Below, one piece after another: positions 40,801 to 55,800 of a stretch of DNA of 64,000 bases. The position numbers were made by a program, and so were the translations under genes. The stretch spans positions 124,001 to 188,000 of the forward strand of contig NW_002060961.1 of the NCBI RefSeq assembly GCF_000150275.1, written 5' to 3'. The notes below the pieces were generated by a model. It was not told the origin of the DNA, did not search any database, and was given only the letters and a program-made list of their open reading frames with translations. Source of the stretch: Trichoplax adhaerens. Taxonomy: Eukaryota; Animalia; Placozoa. Within the stretch, counting starts at the first letter, position 1; every line of letters begins with the position of its first letter.

Positions 40801-43800
40801 AATCAGCCATGGATTCTTTCATTGTAGGTTCATATTTTTTGTAATAATGATCGAGTTTAACTCTGATACAACGGCATAATGAGATGATTATCGAATCGCA
40901 TTGTAGCACCATAATTACAATTGTTCCTATCCAGCGGCATAGCCAAGACGTTGCCTTTATAGTATTAATATTATACTGATATAATTTTGCATATGTTAAA
41001 ACACAGCAATATTTAGACCATAAAAACATTGAAAAAGAGACTGTAATCTCGCTTAAATGTATGCTACGGTACAAGCTTTTATTCTAATAGATCAACCATA
41101 AATCATATAAGAAAAATATACCCTGTGGCGACTTTGAGCTACTGTAGCTACAATTACTGAGTACAATAATTCCACTCCTACAGTATAGTAAATATCTTGT
41201 TTCAAGCTCTATCAGAAAAAAATATAATTTCTTTGTGGTCAGTCCATTATCATATATGAAATGATTTTATGATGAGATGAACGCAATAATTGTAATAATT
41301 CATCTTCAGGAATGCTATGTAAATGTTACAACCTCATTTGCAGTAAAGATATGCAAAAAACTTTAGTATAGATATAAAAATTAGACTAATTCCCCAATAT
41401 CTACAGTCTTTGTGTGGACGATACATAATTACTCGATTTATTGACTGTACTCCACAGACAACTAATGAATGACTACACCTTTTCTTCAAGTTACGAATCC
41501 TGCACTCTTCTTAGGCAATTACTACTTTTATTTTATAACCATATGCGCTTCAATAGATTTCTGCAGTGAGTTCTAATGTTGATTTGCACGAATGTAAGCG
41601 AGCACATGTTACTGTAGTGATGCACCCGTATTTGGTTATTAGGATAGCTATATTTGATATAGTTAGGTTACTCTGAATGTATATTATCGTGAAGCTAATA
41701 TTAGATGATTGCTATCTACTATATTAGAAATTGTTGATGACTAATATTAGCCAGTTGACTAATTATGGTACAAGATTTGTGTGGCTAGAACTCTGTGGTT
41801 ATTAAGATGCTCTTCGGAGAAAGGGGCTTGCACGGAAGTGATGCTAAGTCATATTGATACTGATACTAATAGTGTAATAGAGCTCGAAATACTTTAGATT
41901 TTAGATTAGATTCATGTAGTAGTTAATTATTATTCTACCATTTCTAAAACCTTGTAATAAAAGCCTTTTAGAAAATACCATTTGACTAAGATAATTATTA
42001 TGAGACCCATTTATTACAGTTACGTGAACTCATATTTACAATTATTAAATAGATATGAGCATGTCAAGATTCTGGAACTTAAAGGTTAAAACGTTTATTC
42101 TCCGTTTATATACGGTTCGATTGTTAGAGCCTAGTGCGCCTTTCAATCTACAATAAATTAAATTGCAATAGTTTGTATATTATATCCCGATTTTACTATC
42201 AAAGCATTAACTACAAATCCTGCAAAATTAAACATCAAACATAGCATATGACCTCATCTAGATTATTCTAAGCCATTGATTAATCCCTAATCAATAATTA
42301 GTTGTCGGTAACACAGTAATTTAGCAATAAAATAATGCTCTTGTCGACTTCATTGATTTTAGATTTTTATAGCTATTACGTTTATGGACATTTAGCGACA
42401 ATATGATCAGTAGTAATTCAATTTAATTGATGCTCAGAATATTGTCACCTATTTATTCTATATTTTATCCAAAATTTATAAAAATATCTAGAGATATATC
42501 TACAAATCAATTAACAAATACTAATTTACCGTCTACTAAGCTGAAAAATATTCCTAATCTACGCGCTTTGTAAGTAATAGTCGTAAATCTAAGATATATT
42601 CGTACAAAATTCTAAATTTAATATCAAAAAATAAATAAAAATATTGAAATAAATCTAATATAGGGATATGAGGTACAATCTATTGACCAATATACAGAAT
42701 AACATGTTCAGAAATTTTAAAATGTTGCAAATATTGTAAGTTATTGCCTACAAGAAAATTTATCGAAATAGTTCTATTTTAACTTTATTTCAAATCTATA
42801 TGGCTGCTAATTTTAAATTAATTACATAGTACTGCAAGTTAATGATAAATTAAATCGTTACTATTCATATGTTCTAAGCAGATTGCTGAATGGGAACAAG
42901 ATAACTATGATTAGCGAAAGTGGATTTAATGAATTGAATAATCTAAAGATATTGTAAGTATTTTGTTAACGGTAACATACACCAATTTCATTAGATTAAA
43001 TTTTTACGAGATACAGCAGCTAAAATTCGATTAAATAAATTCAACACATCATAACTATAGGAATATAAGAAATAATCCAATCACACAGCTCTCCAGCAAA
43101 ATCTTCTCACCGCTACCAAAACTAACAAATTTGTATGATAATGCTCTTTGTAGTCTATAACTGAGCATCCATTGACTATAAATGTCCAGTTTCATCATAT
43201 ATAAAGTGAACATGAACTTAAACAAAATTACTGATCAATTACATCAATATTTCGCGCGATAATTTTAGTAACGAATCATGATTATTTTCTTTATATCCTT
43301 TTACTTGTAACGTTTTGCTATCGTAAGAATATGGGCAAATATTTCTGAATTCTAATGATGTAATGAAACATTACCATAATTTCTAATCAGAAATTTGGAA
43401 ATGACCCTAATCCAATCATTAGATGCTGATATTTTTCGCTACGTTCCTGACTTATCGATCTTGTAAGTGCTTCGGTCTGAATGAAGATATATAGGTGCTA
43501 GCTTATTTTGAAATCCTAATTTTAAAGCCAAAGAAATAATTCCTAAGACGGATTGCTATTAGTGTATAAAAATAGCTCATAAACTGTAGATAATCAAAGC
43601 TATCAAGTACACTTAATGATTGACTATTTTTGCTATATGTTTGTTTTGAAAACAAGAACACTGGGAAAATCTCACCTTCTTGAGATAAAAACTGGCACTT
43701 TCGAAAATCTGAGAAAATTAAAATTCTTGTACGTTTTATCTAGGAGCTTTGTAAATTATTCCTGCAATATATCAGATTTATCAATCAAAGAATTTCAGAA

Positions 43801-46800
43801 ATCGTATTACTATTACCGCTAGCAGTTTAATATCCTGTATGTAGTACTTTTAGTAATAAACTTACAGTAGATCAGATACCGTACTGAATAAAACTTATTA
43901 AGGAAACCATTCTACAATTAATCGATTTTATTCACATCGTATATGAATTTTTAGATCTTTAGAATCGAACAAGATCCGGTCACTAACCAAAGATTCGTTC
44001 CGTGGATTACAGAGCCTCTCCATACTGTACGCATACTTAATGCTAAAAATAGGTCAATTACCAGTAGACAGTGATCGACAGAGCATCAACCAAGCAATTT
44101 CAAATTGCAAATATGTTCTTACAGACATAGCGATCCTCCACAAAGTTATATTATCTATATAATTACTATACTGTAAATAGAGATTTACGACATATAGAAA
44201 TGAATATACTTTTCTTTCTTGATATAGTATACTTTAGTTTATATAATATCATACCCATAAACTGTATACCCTATACAATTGACGATTTTCATTCATAGAA
44301 GGCCACTGTTAATACACTTCTCTATCTAGACTTCCCTGTGACCCCATGTTACCATATAAAGTGATATTAATCAAGTAAATAACAATGACGTGAAAATTTG
44401 GATAAACGAATTTTTTATGCTATTAATCACAGGATCATTAGAGGCAATCCAATAGAGAAAATAACAAAAGACTTCCTACAGGAAATGCCTATGATCAACT
44501 ATGCGTAATAAATATATACAACTGTAATTTAAACTACCTTAACTTGAACCAATTTCTTGAAACTACTACCTACGAGCAATTGATAAATCAAATAGTATAT
44601 GTTAAAATTTATTAGTAGATAAGATTAATATATGACAAAATTTTTTAATTAGAAACATCGACAACATCGAGAATGAGCACTTTGAAATAGGATCTTTCCG
44701 TAAACTTAAACATCTTTTTCAACTGTTAGTATCATAATACATGAGTAAAAGGTTGTAGAAATATTTACAAATTTTGATAGAACCAGCGTTTGGTTATGAC
44801 AAGACAAGAAGGCGAAAATAGATTAAATTTCTTTTGACACTTAATCCTATGATGACATTCCATTCTAAATTTTTCGAACTACCTATTTATTATTATGCCC
44901 ATGTTAGAGATATATCGTTCGGTTTTATTCAACACTTACAATGTGGAATCATGTCAGATCTGACTAGGATTCAGAAACTGTAAGTCCAGAGGTAGTAATA
45001 ATGTGCGACGAAAGGCATAATTGCCAACAATCCGAATATGGTATCATTTTTATGCCAGCATTAACTAAAACATTAATATTTAACTATACAGGACAAATTC
45101 ATAACTTTTAGATATTAAAATATTGCTCATCTGCGGTAGCACTCAGAATATTTACGATGTATTCATTTGATATCAGCAGTACAATTACTACATTTGCAAT
45201 ATTTAAATCTATTATGTTTAGATTCTCCATAAATGATGCTGTTGTTACTATACCAGTTCTATCACATTTTATGAGCTATTTTTCACTAATTGTCAATTGC
45301 TTAGATTTAGAACTTTATATTTATCATTTAATACGCATATTAAAAATTATCACAAGATAGAAATTTACGATTTAAGATTATAGTATTAACAAGACTGAAC
45401 AAATTACTGCAAAGCATTAAAATTATTATACAGCAATATATAGATTCAATACCAATTATTCAGCGAAATATAAAGTGCAATAGATTACTATACTTCATAT
45501 GATAATTTATAAAATCTCTAATAATATCTTGTGGCAAAGCTTGTTATTGCTTTTATGATATTATATATGACCGAATTTAAATTATGTCTATGGCTATTAG
45601 AGTTTAGACTGAATTCATACGGCGATAATTTATGATAGGAGCCTCAAGCAAAGCAAGATTGATAACATTTGTAATGGAGCATTTGAAGAGCTACGGAGTT
45701 TGATAGTGTTGTAAGAAGAAATAATAATCTTTGATCGTGTATACTTGAAATGATTGAGTTCTTGTATAAACTTGCATTATATGGAATAAAATTAGTACAA
45801 GCATTTCTTATATATTCTCTATGTAGTTCAAAACGCCAGTATTGAAACTAGCATGTGATTATTATAAGAATGAAAGGCTACAGTAAAAATGAATAAAGTC
45901 ATTTTCTTTTCATTTAAATGTTTCAGAGATCTATCCGAGAATTTCTTGCGGAATATAACCAAAGGCATATTTAGAGGATTGTCTTCCCTAAGACTACTGT
46001 AAGATTTCATTACCATTATATTCGACATCTTATCACGGAGCTAATGCACTGCTACTGCAGATCTAGAATTGTTTTAACAATTAGTTCAACTGTAATTAAC
46101 ACAGATTTACGCCGCGCATGTAAAATTTAGATCGTGAATCTGTGTGAATGTCTGTTCAAATTTGCCAGAGTTCTCTTTGCATGCTGTGCCTTATATTGCA
46201 TAAAGTATTTAGCTACATAATATCCTAGTATAATGCAAGTACACGTAAAGCTATCAAAGTTACAGCTGAATGCTAATAAAAATTAACCCTATTAAATACA
46301 CCATGCCATGATAGGGTGTGCTATTACATTGTTATACACGTACTCCATATTTTTATTACAGCCTACAACTCTATATTAGATAGTTACATGTGATAAGTGT
46401 CATTTTCAGAGTCAATTATACTTTTATTCTTATAAATCGAATTAAATCTACGAAAACGAACAATTTCGATCCTTACTAAGATTGATACTGAAGATTTTTA
46501 ATAATTTGTGATTATACAATCTTAAAATTTCATTAATTACCTAAAATACGTTAATCTTTTTTGCATTTGCTTAACATAAATTCATGTCAATCAAATCTAT
46601 GCATTTAAAAGTTTACTTGTATATTCTAGAATTTTAAGCAATAATGGAATTAGCCAATTATCTCAGGGATCATTTTCCGAGCTCCAGTCATTACGAACAT
46701 TGTAAGGATTTGAATTATAAACAACGAAATTTTGCGTAAATCCACATATATAATTTATATCGAATAATGATCTCTAATATATATAAAATATCAGCGTTAT

Positions 46801-49800
46801 TATAATTTTAATGCATTAAAAATTCATACCGACACTATCCGATCGTAAGAGTATTTTAGCTAATAGAAAAATTTCGAATTATAACTGATGAAATCATTAT
46901 TTAACTTCTGCGACTTACCTATAAAGTTTATTAGTCAAGAAGTTTCATAAATTTGGCATTTTAATTCATACTTACAGTAGTTTGTCAATAATTTTCTTCT
47001 TAAACATTATAAAATGATTTTAAAAGAATTTTTTACATAATTTCTTTAAATTCGTCTTACGTGCGATTCATTACATTTACAATACGAGAAGGATTTACTT
47101 GCATTTATTGGACCCTTGAGATTGTACCACTTTCCGATATCAGGTTCAGTTAATCCGTTGGGAGATGAAAATTAAGCGGAGAATCAACTTATTAAAAATA
47201 TTTAATAAAGCAATAACTGTACATCAAAGACAAAGAGCATGTAGGAAAATTGTAATACAACTAAATTCTTAACTATATTGCTTATATATTTTCGGAGTTA
47301 CGGCATACGGAATACTTCACATATGTAAGAATAACACTAGTAACAGGAGTATGTTGCGCAAGATAACAATGTACTGTAAGTAGTTCATACTGTATCGAAA
47401 GAGGCATATATAGTATACATTTAAACATATGGTAACTATAATATGAATAACATAATATGGTCTAGTAAAATACGATATAATAGTTATGTAGTGCAGCCCC
47501 AAATATAGCTCAGATTACGATCCAAGATTGTTCGAGAATAGCTTAAATTGTACGTTAGAGTGTAAGATTGTAATTAGTACCTATTTGTAGAAAACGTTTA
47601 CAGTACGTATTATTGCAATTATACAGAGATATTTTATTTGCGAGGCTTTAAATAGATTCGCAAATTAAGAATAGATCGCGCGATGATGAATTTAGATCTG
47701 ATCTGGCGTCTTAATTGGCAAGATATAATTGTGCAGATGAACTGTATACTGTAACTAATTTTTATGTTTATCGTGAATTTTGCTGTAATAATTTCGATTG
47801 TCAGATTGTAAGATAGTCTGATTGTAGTTAGATATTCCTTAATAGTTGTTAGACCAACCCAATTTATGTGATAAAGTGAAGTTTACAAAAAACTGTGGTT
47901 CTTGATTTATTGTTTGAAGATCATTTTATCACAACTTGATATATGGGACTATAAGAAATAGCAGCAACAAAATGAAATGAAAGAAAATGGCAATAAAATC
48001 ACATAAAATCCCACTTGTTATTGCTTTTGTATTTCGTAAAATCTATATTCATTTTTCTTACTTGCTTTAGGATCCTGAATAGGAACAACTTTGAACTTAT
48101 AGATCCAGAAATATGCAATGGTCCTCAAAATTTACTATATCTGTAATGGGAGTAATTTATATTAAATTAAAGCTTTATAACTATGATATTGTTTATCTTA
48201 TCAATTATCTCATCAACACGAGTATTTATCCACACTAAACTATGTAGACTACTTGTTACTGTTACTACACATCACATTTTCTTATATAAATTTTACTTAA
48301 CGGTCATCACAGTTAACAATTAATATCTTCGCTGTCATGTTGATGAAGATATTAGGAATAATTATAGTGTAAAATATTCAGATACATTAACTTTCTAAAG
48401 TTTAGAAGCTTGTACTTTTTACGTATGATTAATTAAATTAGTATAAATACGTATGCACGTCTAGTTATATTCCTCTGATTGTAATAAGATTGGTAATTAA
48501 GATTCTGTAATGTTAACAGAAGTAATTTTTTTAATCTTAAACGTATAAGCCTTAAGATTAGTTATTTCTGTACCACAATTATATGACCGTTTATAACTTC
48601 AGATACGATATCTCTGTATAACCTTTGTCTTATAAGTATTTTCACATACACTATATTGTAAGGCTCTTATCATTATTTTACGACACCCTAACTACTTTTT
48701 ATATCTGCCACGTGTTCTTTAAATGAATATATACATTTACTACTAGCTCGATATTACAGTAATAGCTAACATGCATGGTATCGATATTGCAGGGTTTCGA
48801 ATAGAGACGAAATCAAATCTTAAACTATTTCAGTTTTATGATAGAGTACAGTATGCCATAATATAGATATTCTCTTAGTAATGAATTAAAAAGTACTGTA
48901 CGAAATTACTTTCAAAGAAATTCCTTAATTGTTGCCTAGGGACTTAAAAGAAAATAAAATACAAATAGCCAGTGGGAAAGCCCTGTCAAACTGTTCACAC
49001 AGTTTGCAAGCCGTGTGAGTGTGCATATTTCTTAACTAATGACTATAAATTTATGACAGAATCACCTAATTTCATAGATCATATTTCCTCTAGAAATTTC
49101 GAAGTTAATGCAATCTCAACGCTTGATACTGTGTCACTTTCAAGTCTAAGAAAATTAAGATCCCTGTAAGAAATAATCTGTCATATTTTTAAACTAATAC
49201 ACAATCTTACATAAACTTACCAGTAATTTTAATAATCGCTAGCTACATGACGTCTAGCTTATGTAGCTATTCGTAAATTTCCAACTGCATATTCCTATAA
49301 TCAGATCGTAAAATTGAGAATTTGTAAATTTGCAATAGAATAGTGGGTACTGATATAAGTAATTGCAAAACTTTAAAGTCAACTTCTTCCAACAGAACAC
49401 TAAACAGTAATCCAATCTCGACTATCTTGTATAACGAATCATCTGCACCTCTTCCTTATTTCCGAAAACTGTAAATATTATAGTTATTAAATCTCGACTT
49501 ATTCATTAAAACTACAGTATGTAAAGTTTTAAAAGTGCTAGTTTTAAAGCAGCTATCATAAATTTAAAATGAACAGCAGACAGGCTATTTACATAACTCA
49601 CTAAATTAAACATGCATTAATAGTCAATATAATGCAGTAATGTCATATTTTCATTCTTCAGGGATCTATATACTAATTTCCTAGCAAATTTGACAGAAGA
49701 ATCCCTAAATATCTTCAACCAGTCAACAGATATGTAAGTAAACTTTAAACAATTAAGATTTGTTTAGAATATTGAACTACTTCACTTATGTAGAAATTTT

Positions 49801-52800
49801 CATGCCGTTATGAGCATATCATTTGAGTTATTAATATCTACTGAAGTCGCTATTACAGGACCCATTTTAGTGACTTCGTACTCAAATCGTAAACCTTAGT
49901 AATATCTTCACTGTTCTGATAGCGTTCTTTATAAATAGTGAAGTAGTTGAACGTAATTATTTGTACTATACGAAAAAAATTAAAAATTTGTATGAGAACA
50001 AATGATGCGTAGAGATATTAAGGTGTACCAGTGATGTTCTTTACCGGTAGAATCTTCTGCGACAATCATATAAAAAATTACAAACTTCCATCAATTAAGA
50101 GGAATGGAAAAATCTAGAGAATTCGAGCAAAGCATATTCCAATCTTGAATATGCTGTAATATCTATAATTTGGAGTGATCTTGATTTAGTGAAAATTTTT
50201 TTAACGAAAACACAGACACATTATCTATTGCAACTATAACAAAAATAAGAAAACATAAGGTCTAAAGTAATTATATGCTGTATTATCTGTAGTTTAATCT
50301 ATTCTAGTGTCGACATTGGCTTTTAATCTAACACTACTAGTAATGTTATATACTAACGATCACATAAATACGATTTGTTTATCTTTGCTTTTTCCCGCAC
50401 CCTTTTGCGTTTATTGGAATATATAATCAATAAATCAATCGAATACTCTCTTTCTAACCTGCTATTCAAATGTGCTAAAAATATTGTAAATACATTTTTC
50501 GACTCTTTATCATGTATGTGGAACCATCTTCTAGTAAATTTTCATTATCACACTCCGTCCATGATGTCACAAACACCTCTGTCACAACATTAATGTTTCC
50601 AAATCTCCAAGTTTTGTAAGCAATTATAATAAACCGAATAATTAAAAATTAAGTATCAAATTTATAAGCAATCTTAGATTGTTATGCTTGTTAAAGCTCT
50701 ACAATCCACTATTAATGGAGACTACTATCTTAGGTTATGGTACTATCCAGAAATAACAAATGATTATATACTAATACCTCATTAGTAAACACTCGACCTA
50801 ATACTTGCTACCCTTTAAACTTTAATATACGGATAAAGTTCCCTAGCTATAGTCTTCAGTTAGTTTTTAAATCATTATAAATGTTTTCAAAGTAGGCCAA
50901 AGGCAATTTCTGAACTAAATTTTACTTTTAAATCGCGATTTAAAGTAATCTACTTATTATTTTACCTAGGGATTTTAGCGACAACTTCATCCATCCGGAT
51001 TATAATTACAGNNNNNNNNNNNNNNNNNNNNNNNNNNNNNNNNNNNNNNNNNNNNNNNNNNGTACGCATATCTTAATTTGTGGACTACATTATGAATTTA
51101 AATAAACAGCTCAATTACCAACTCAAAAATTGCGGATAAGCCATATATTATTAAACGGACAAACTTCAGAGGATTGCATAAGTTGAAAACTTTGTAAGTT
51201 TAAATGCTTTATAAATCAGCTTGCTAAGCCGAATCAAATACATCAATTACAAGAAAAATGATTTCTATATGAAGTGATTTATCTTGGCGAGCATAAATAT
51301 GGCGTCAATATTCAATTCTATGAATCAGCTGTAAATAAATCTACTTTAAGTCCATTGCTTTAGTCGGTAGTTAAAAATTTTTAGTGTAATAATGTTTTAC
51401 TGCGATGAAAAAAATGTACTATTTTAACCGGATGTGCGAAAGATAAATTTAAATTATATAGATTATCTATATTAACATTGAAATGATTTTACTATTTTCT
51501 AGATATATTAGACGGAATCGGGTCCAGAGAATTAGTAACGAAAGCTTTCCGTTTCTACCTGCGTTACAAACATTGTAATCAACTTTTCATGATAAAACGG
51601 AACTGATTTAATAATGATATTGTTAAAGGAATAATAGAAAACTTATTATCATTTATTCATTTTTACAGAGATTTGATTTTTAATGCAATCAGTACAATAC
51701 AAGAGGATGCTTTTCGTTCGATTTCTGGGTTGCAAAATTTGTAAGCATGATTATATGACTATTGAAAACATGTAATATTGATATCAAAGTTAATTCATGC
51801 TTATAGTCGCTTTATAGTCCTGTCACTAAGAAGCAAATCGCACAATAACATAGCACTTTATCTAATTGTAAAGAATAAAATTTACCGTTTTTCTTATATT
51901 GTGTGCCCGTAGCTCATATTAAACACTATAAAAGTTAATAGTTGATCGTTCTAATATTTCATTCCATAATAGCTGTAATGAAGATTATGTTTATATGTGA
52001 TGATATGGATTAAAATTTTAAACATGTATAGAAAATTAGAGATTTATTTCTTCCACACTACATCGTTATTTAAAGACATCGTTCCACATAGCTCTACTCT
52101 AAATGAAATACCATTACTAGGGGACCTTAGAAATAAATATTCAAAGGTCTATCATTGTATGTTAATATTCTTCCCCTCGAACGTTTATACCTACAATTCG
52201 CATGGCAATATCCTATCTTACTGTAGAAATTTTTAGCCTATAATTAGCAACATAGGGTATATTTCGGTAAGCCAGTTGTATTCTTGCCACAATTACAGGG
52301 TGACGTATACTCAGAGCCATTAATTATTATCCGCTGATAAAAGCACCGAAAATTATCTATCTTAATATGCATAATTTGATTTATTGATCTATTTTCATCA
52401 CCACCAATTATTGCAGCTAAGCTATTATGCTATATTTGGATCATCGATGCTGTAGCAGAGTACGGTATCTTCGTACGTCGAACTTCCTAGTTTGTAACTT
52501 TATGCAAATATTTTTGGTTATCTACTAGTTAAAAAGATCAGAAATCATCAATAGCCTTATAAACGATTTGATTTGCCACCTATTTCACTAATATCAACCT
52601 TAGTAACTTAATTATCATACTGCATTATGATCACCTATACTCAAGCAGAGTATCAACACACTTCGAGTTCCATAATCTATATAGTACTATTATAACCATG
52701 ACTAAGAATCTAAAATCCAAATTGAGCTATGGAACAGCAGCACTGTAGGATTTACGAATTTTTGTTGGCAACCGAATAAGCTCGCTATGATGATAAATGG

Positions 52801-55800
52801 AAGACGACATCTATTTATTTTCTTCATAAATACGATATACGAGTATATGTTTAGGAAATTTTACTTCTATAGTACATCATGATACTACGTTAACTCTTTG
52901 ATACCTTTTAAATATGTTCCTATGAACGTTGGAAACATTTACATATTAAAGCAAAAGTAATTGCATGCATATTTTTCCTTTCTCTCTTTTGATAATCGGT
53001 AATAAATATTTAGTTTAATATCCACAGAAAGCGTTCTTTTTCTTTTATAAGAGTCAGCCTGGCGGATACTTACGGCACACTACGTACACTGTACATGTGC
53101 AGTTTGTAACACTATCACTGGCTAATTTCGTACGGGATATTATTTACTTACGATAGTAAAGATTTCTCTCACCTTACGCCTGTCATTGATCAAGAATAAA
53201 CTTTAAGACTAAATTAAGATTGTCTAGAATAAATTATTCAGTACTATATTGTTGTTTACTGCAATGATGCTGCACCATGTACACTAGCTCCCATTATAAT
53301 CGAGGAGCACAAAACTCTAATTTCTACTTAGAATGGATCCACCAGTTGGATAGTGCTAACTAATAAACTTAAATTAGCTCGAACATATCATTAAAAATCA
53401 TTTGCTTTTTAATTTAACGATAATTTTATAGGCCAACCAATGTAATTTGCGGCGTAAAGTTATCAATTAAAATGTTTGAACGTAGTCGGTGCAATCCAGT
53501 ATTAATTTGCTGTGAAAGCCTTTTTTTGGAGGATAGGCTTTTGCCAAATCATCATAACCAAATTCGAGCCTATAATCATAAACAAAAAATTGTTTCTGAA
53601 ACATTAATTAAGCAAAAATCAACCTTAACATTTGACGTATGTTTCAGTATTAATAAATAATATCCATCGCATTCATTTCTATTCAAATTTATTATCTTTA
53701 CTTAGATCGTTAGCTCATAATAAGCTCACAAAGTTGTCTGAAAACCAGTTCCGGTTCTTAACTAATCTACGAACATTGTAAGTATTTGTATGAGCGCAAT
53801 AGTTTAATAGCATATAAATATTACCTTCAATAATCCTGTAGTCATTGAAAGCTTCACCTCCTTTTTTGAATTTAATAGAAATTTAACATGCAACCTAATT
53901 GTCAGCATTGAACCATACTCATTCTTGGATTTAAAGTCCTTACATTGGCTGTAAGATCAGAAATGTTCTGTATTTTCTTCTTATTAAGAATTTAATCTTG
54001 TAAACATCTACATTACCAAGGATTGAAACGATCTTTCTATCACGCAACTATAGTTTCTTAGATAAAAATATGATATCCTCAGTGCCTGAGAAGAGTTTTG
54101 CTGGTATAACAAAAGTAACGGAGATGTACGTTGCATAGAAAATTAAGCTATAATATAAAATAGCCATATACAGTACCTGTTTCGTTAACTAAATAATTAT
54201 TGATTTATTTCATCTAAATTCATGTAACTAATTAAGCAATGATATTTATGCCATTTTTTCATTCTCAGTAAATATTCATATGATTCTTGCATTACGCAAA
54301 TATCGTTATGTATGTGTCTATCCTATAAATGTCCAGTCTACCGTTATAACCAGTGTATCAAGAATGTCTCCTACTTAATAAGGAAGTATTATGTGCATTA
54401 TGCCCCCAAACCTATCTGTCATGATGTTTAATAACAATTAATTGATATCAATTTGGAAAAGTTAAACCATAAAAATTTGCAAATTAAAACGTAGAAAGGG
54501 AAGTTTTTATCTAGGAAAGTAAAATTTATAACATATGGAGTGATCACATACAGCACCTTTCGTTTCACTGTTGCATACTATAGTATTAAATTTTTTAATT
54601 TGTTATCCAATTATTATTACATACCTTTCGCTTAAAAATATTTTATATAGATTAAGCAAGAACAATAACTTTATTCCATCTACTATCTCCAAATTTTAAT
54701 ATAACTATGTGATATATACCAATCTCGAGATTCCAAATTTTAGAAAAATAAGGGCTTTATTGAATCTTATACAAAGATTAACAACACACAGCTCTACTCT
54801 AGCCGAATACTACTAAAGACTTCTAGAACGAACTAACTGAATAATCTAAAGATGTATGCTTTTATACTTTCCGTAGCATTCGCAGCTACAATCCGCATGG
54901 CAACCTTTTACCTTATTTTACACATAGTTGACTTATTCTCAGTAAGACTATTCTACTGCGGACCATCATTAATCCAATATGGATACGACTACAGTACTTA
55001 CGTAGACATTATTCACACCAGCCAAAGTACAATGAATTAACTATATCCTAATATATGATTTACAGTTCTATTTTTACCTATAGCCATATTAGTAACTCAA
55101 CAGCTTACTGTATATAGTCATCTGTACTCTAGCATAGAGTCTCTACCACTATAGTCTATAGTTATAGCTACCAAATATCTCTTAAGATAAATATCTACCG
55201 TACATTATACTAAACATGGCTAACAGTCTACAATCACAATACTAAGTTACATTACAAACTACTTTTAAACATTTACTCTATAGTATATGAATTAATGCTT
55301 ATGATAACATACTAATAAAGCCCTATTCTTTTCCTTACCCCATTAGCCACCTTTCTCAGAATCTCGTTCAAAGAATTGACTTGAGTGTGTTTGATGAAGT
55401 GCCATTGCTCTATCTTCTGTAAGATCGTAACATTTTTACTGCTGTCATAAATATACTTCCAATATTTATTTATTAAAAATTATAGCATTACTTGTATTGA
55501 ACTTATACAAATTCCTTGTTGTAAAAACAGTATGCTTACGGTATTCCATTAATCATCCTCTTCTTATGCTGTCTTAAAACATAAAAAAGGTGTAAAGTGA
55601 GATGTACTTCTATTTCTTTAGTACAGTTGTCGCGGTAGTAAATCTACCGTGATGAATGATATCTTACTTAATTTAGACATGTATATGTATCACGATAAGT
55701 TAGTTATTAATTTAGATATGTGCATGAATTATTTTAGGACTTAATATAGCCGATTCAAACCTGTTCCTAATACAGGTTAAATTATACTAAATATAGTATA

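Noticed and set aside
54980-55300. G-poor, CTATA/TACT-rich intronic stretch
   Set aside because: Low-complexity strand bias with no definable period or coding frame.
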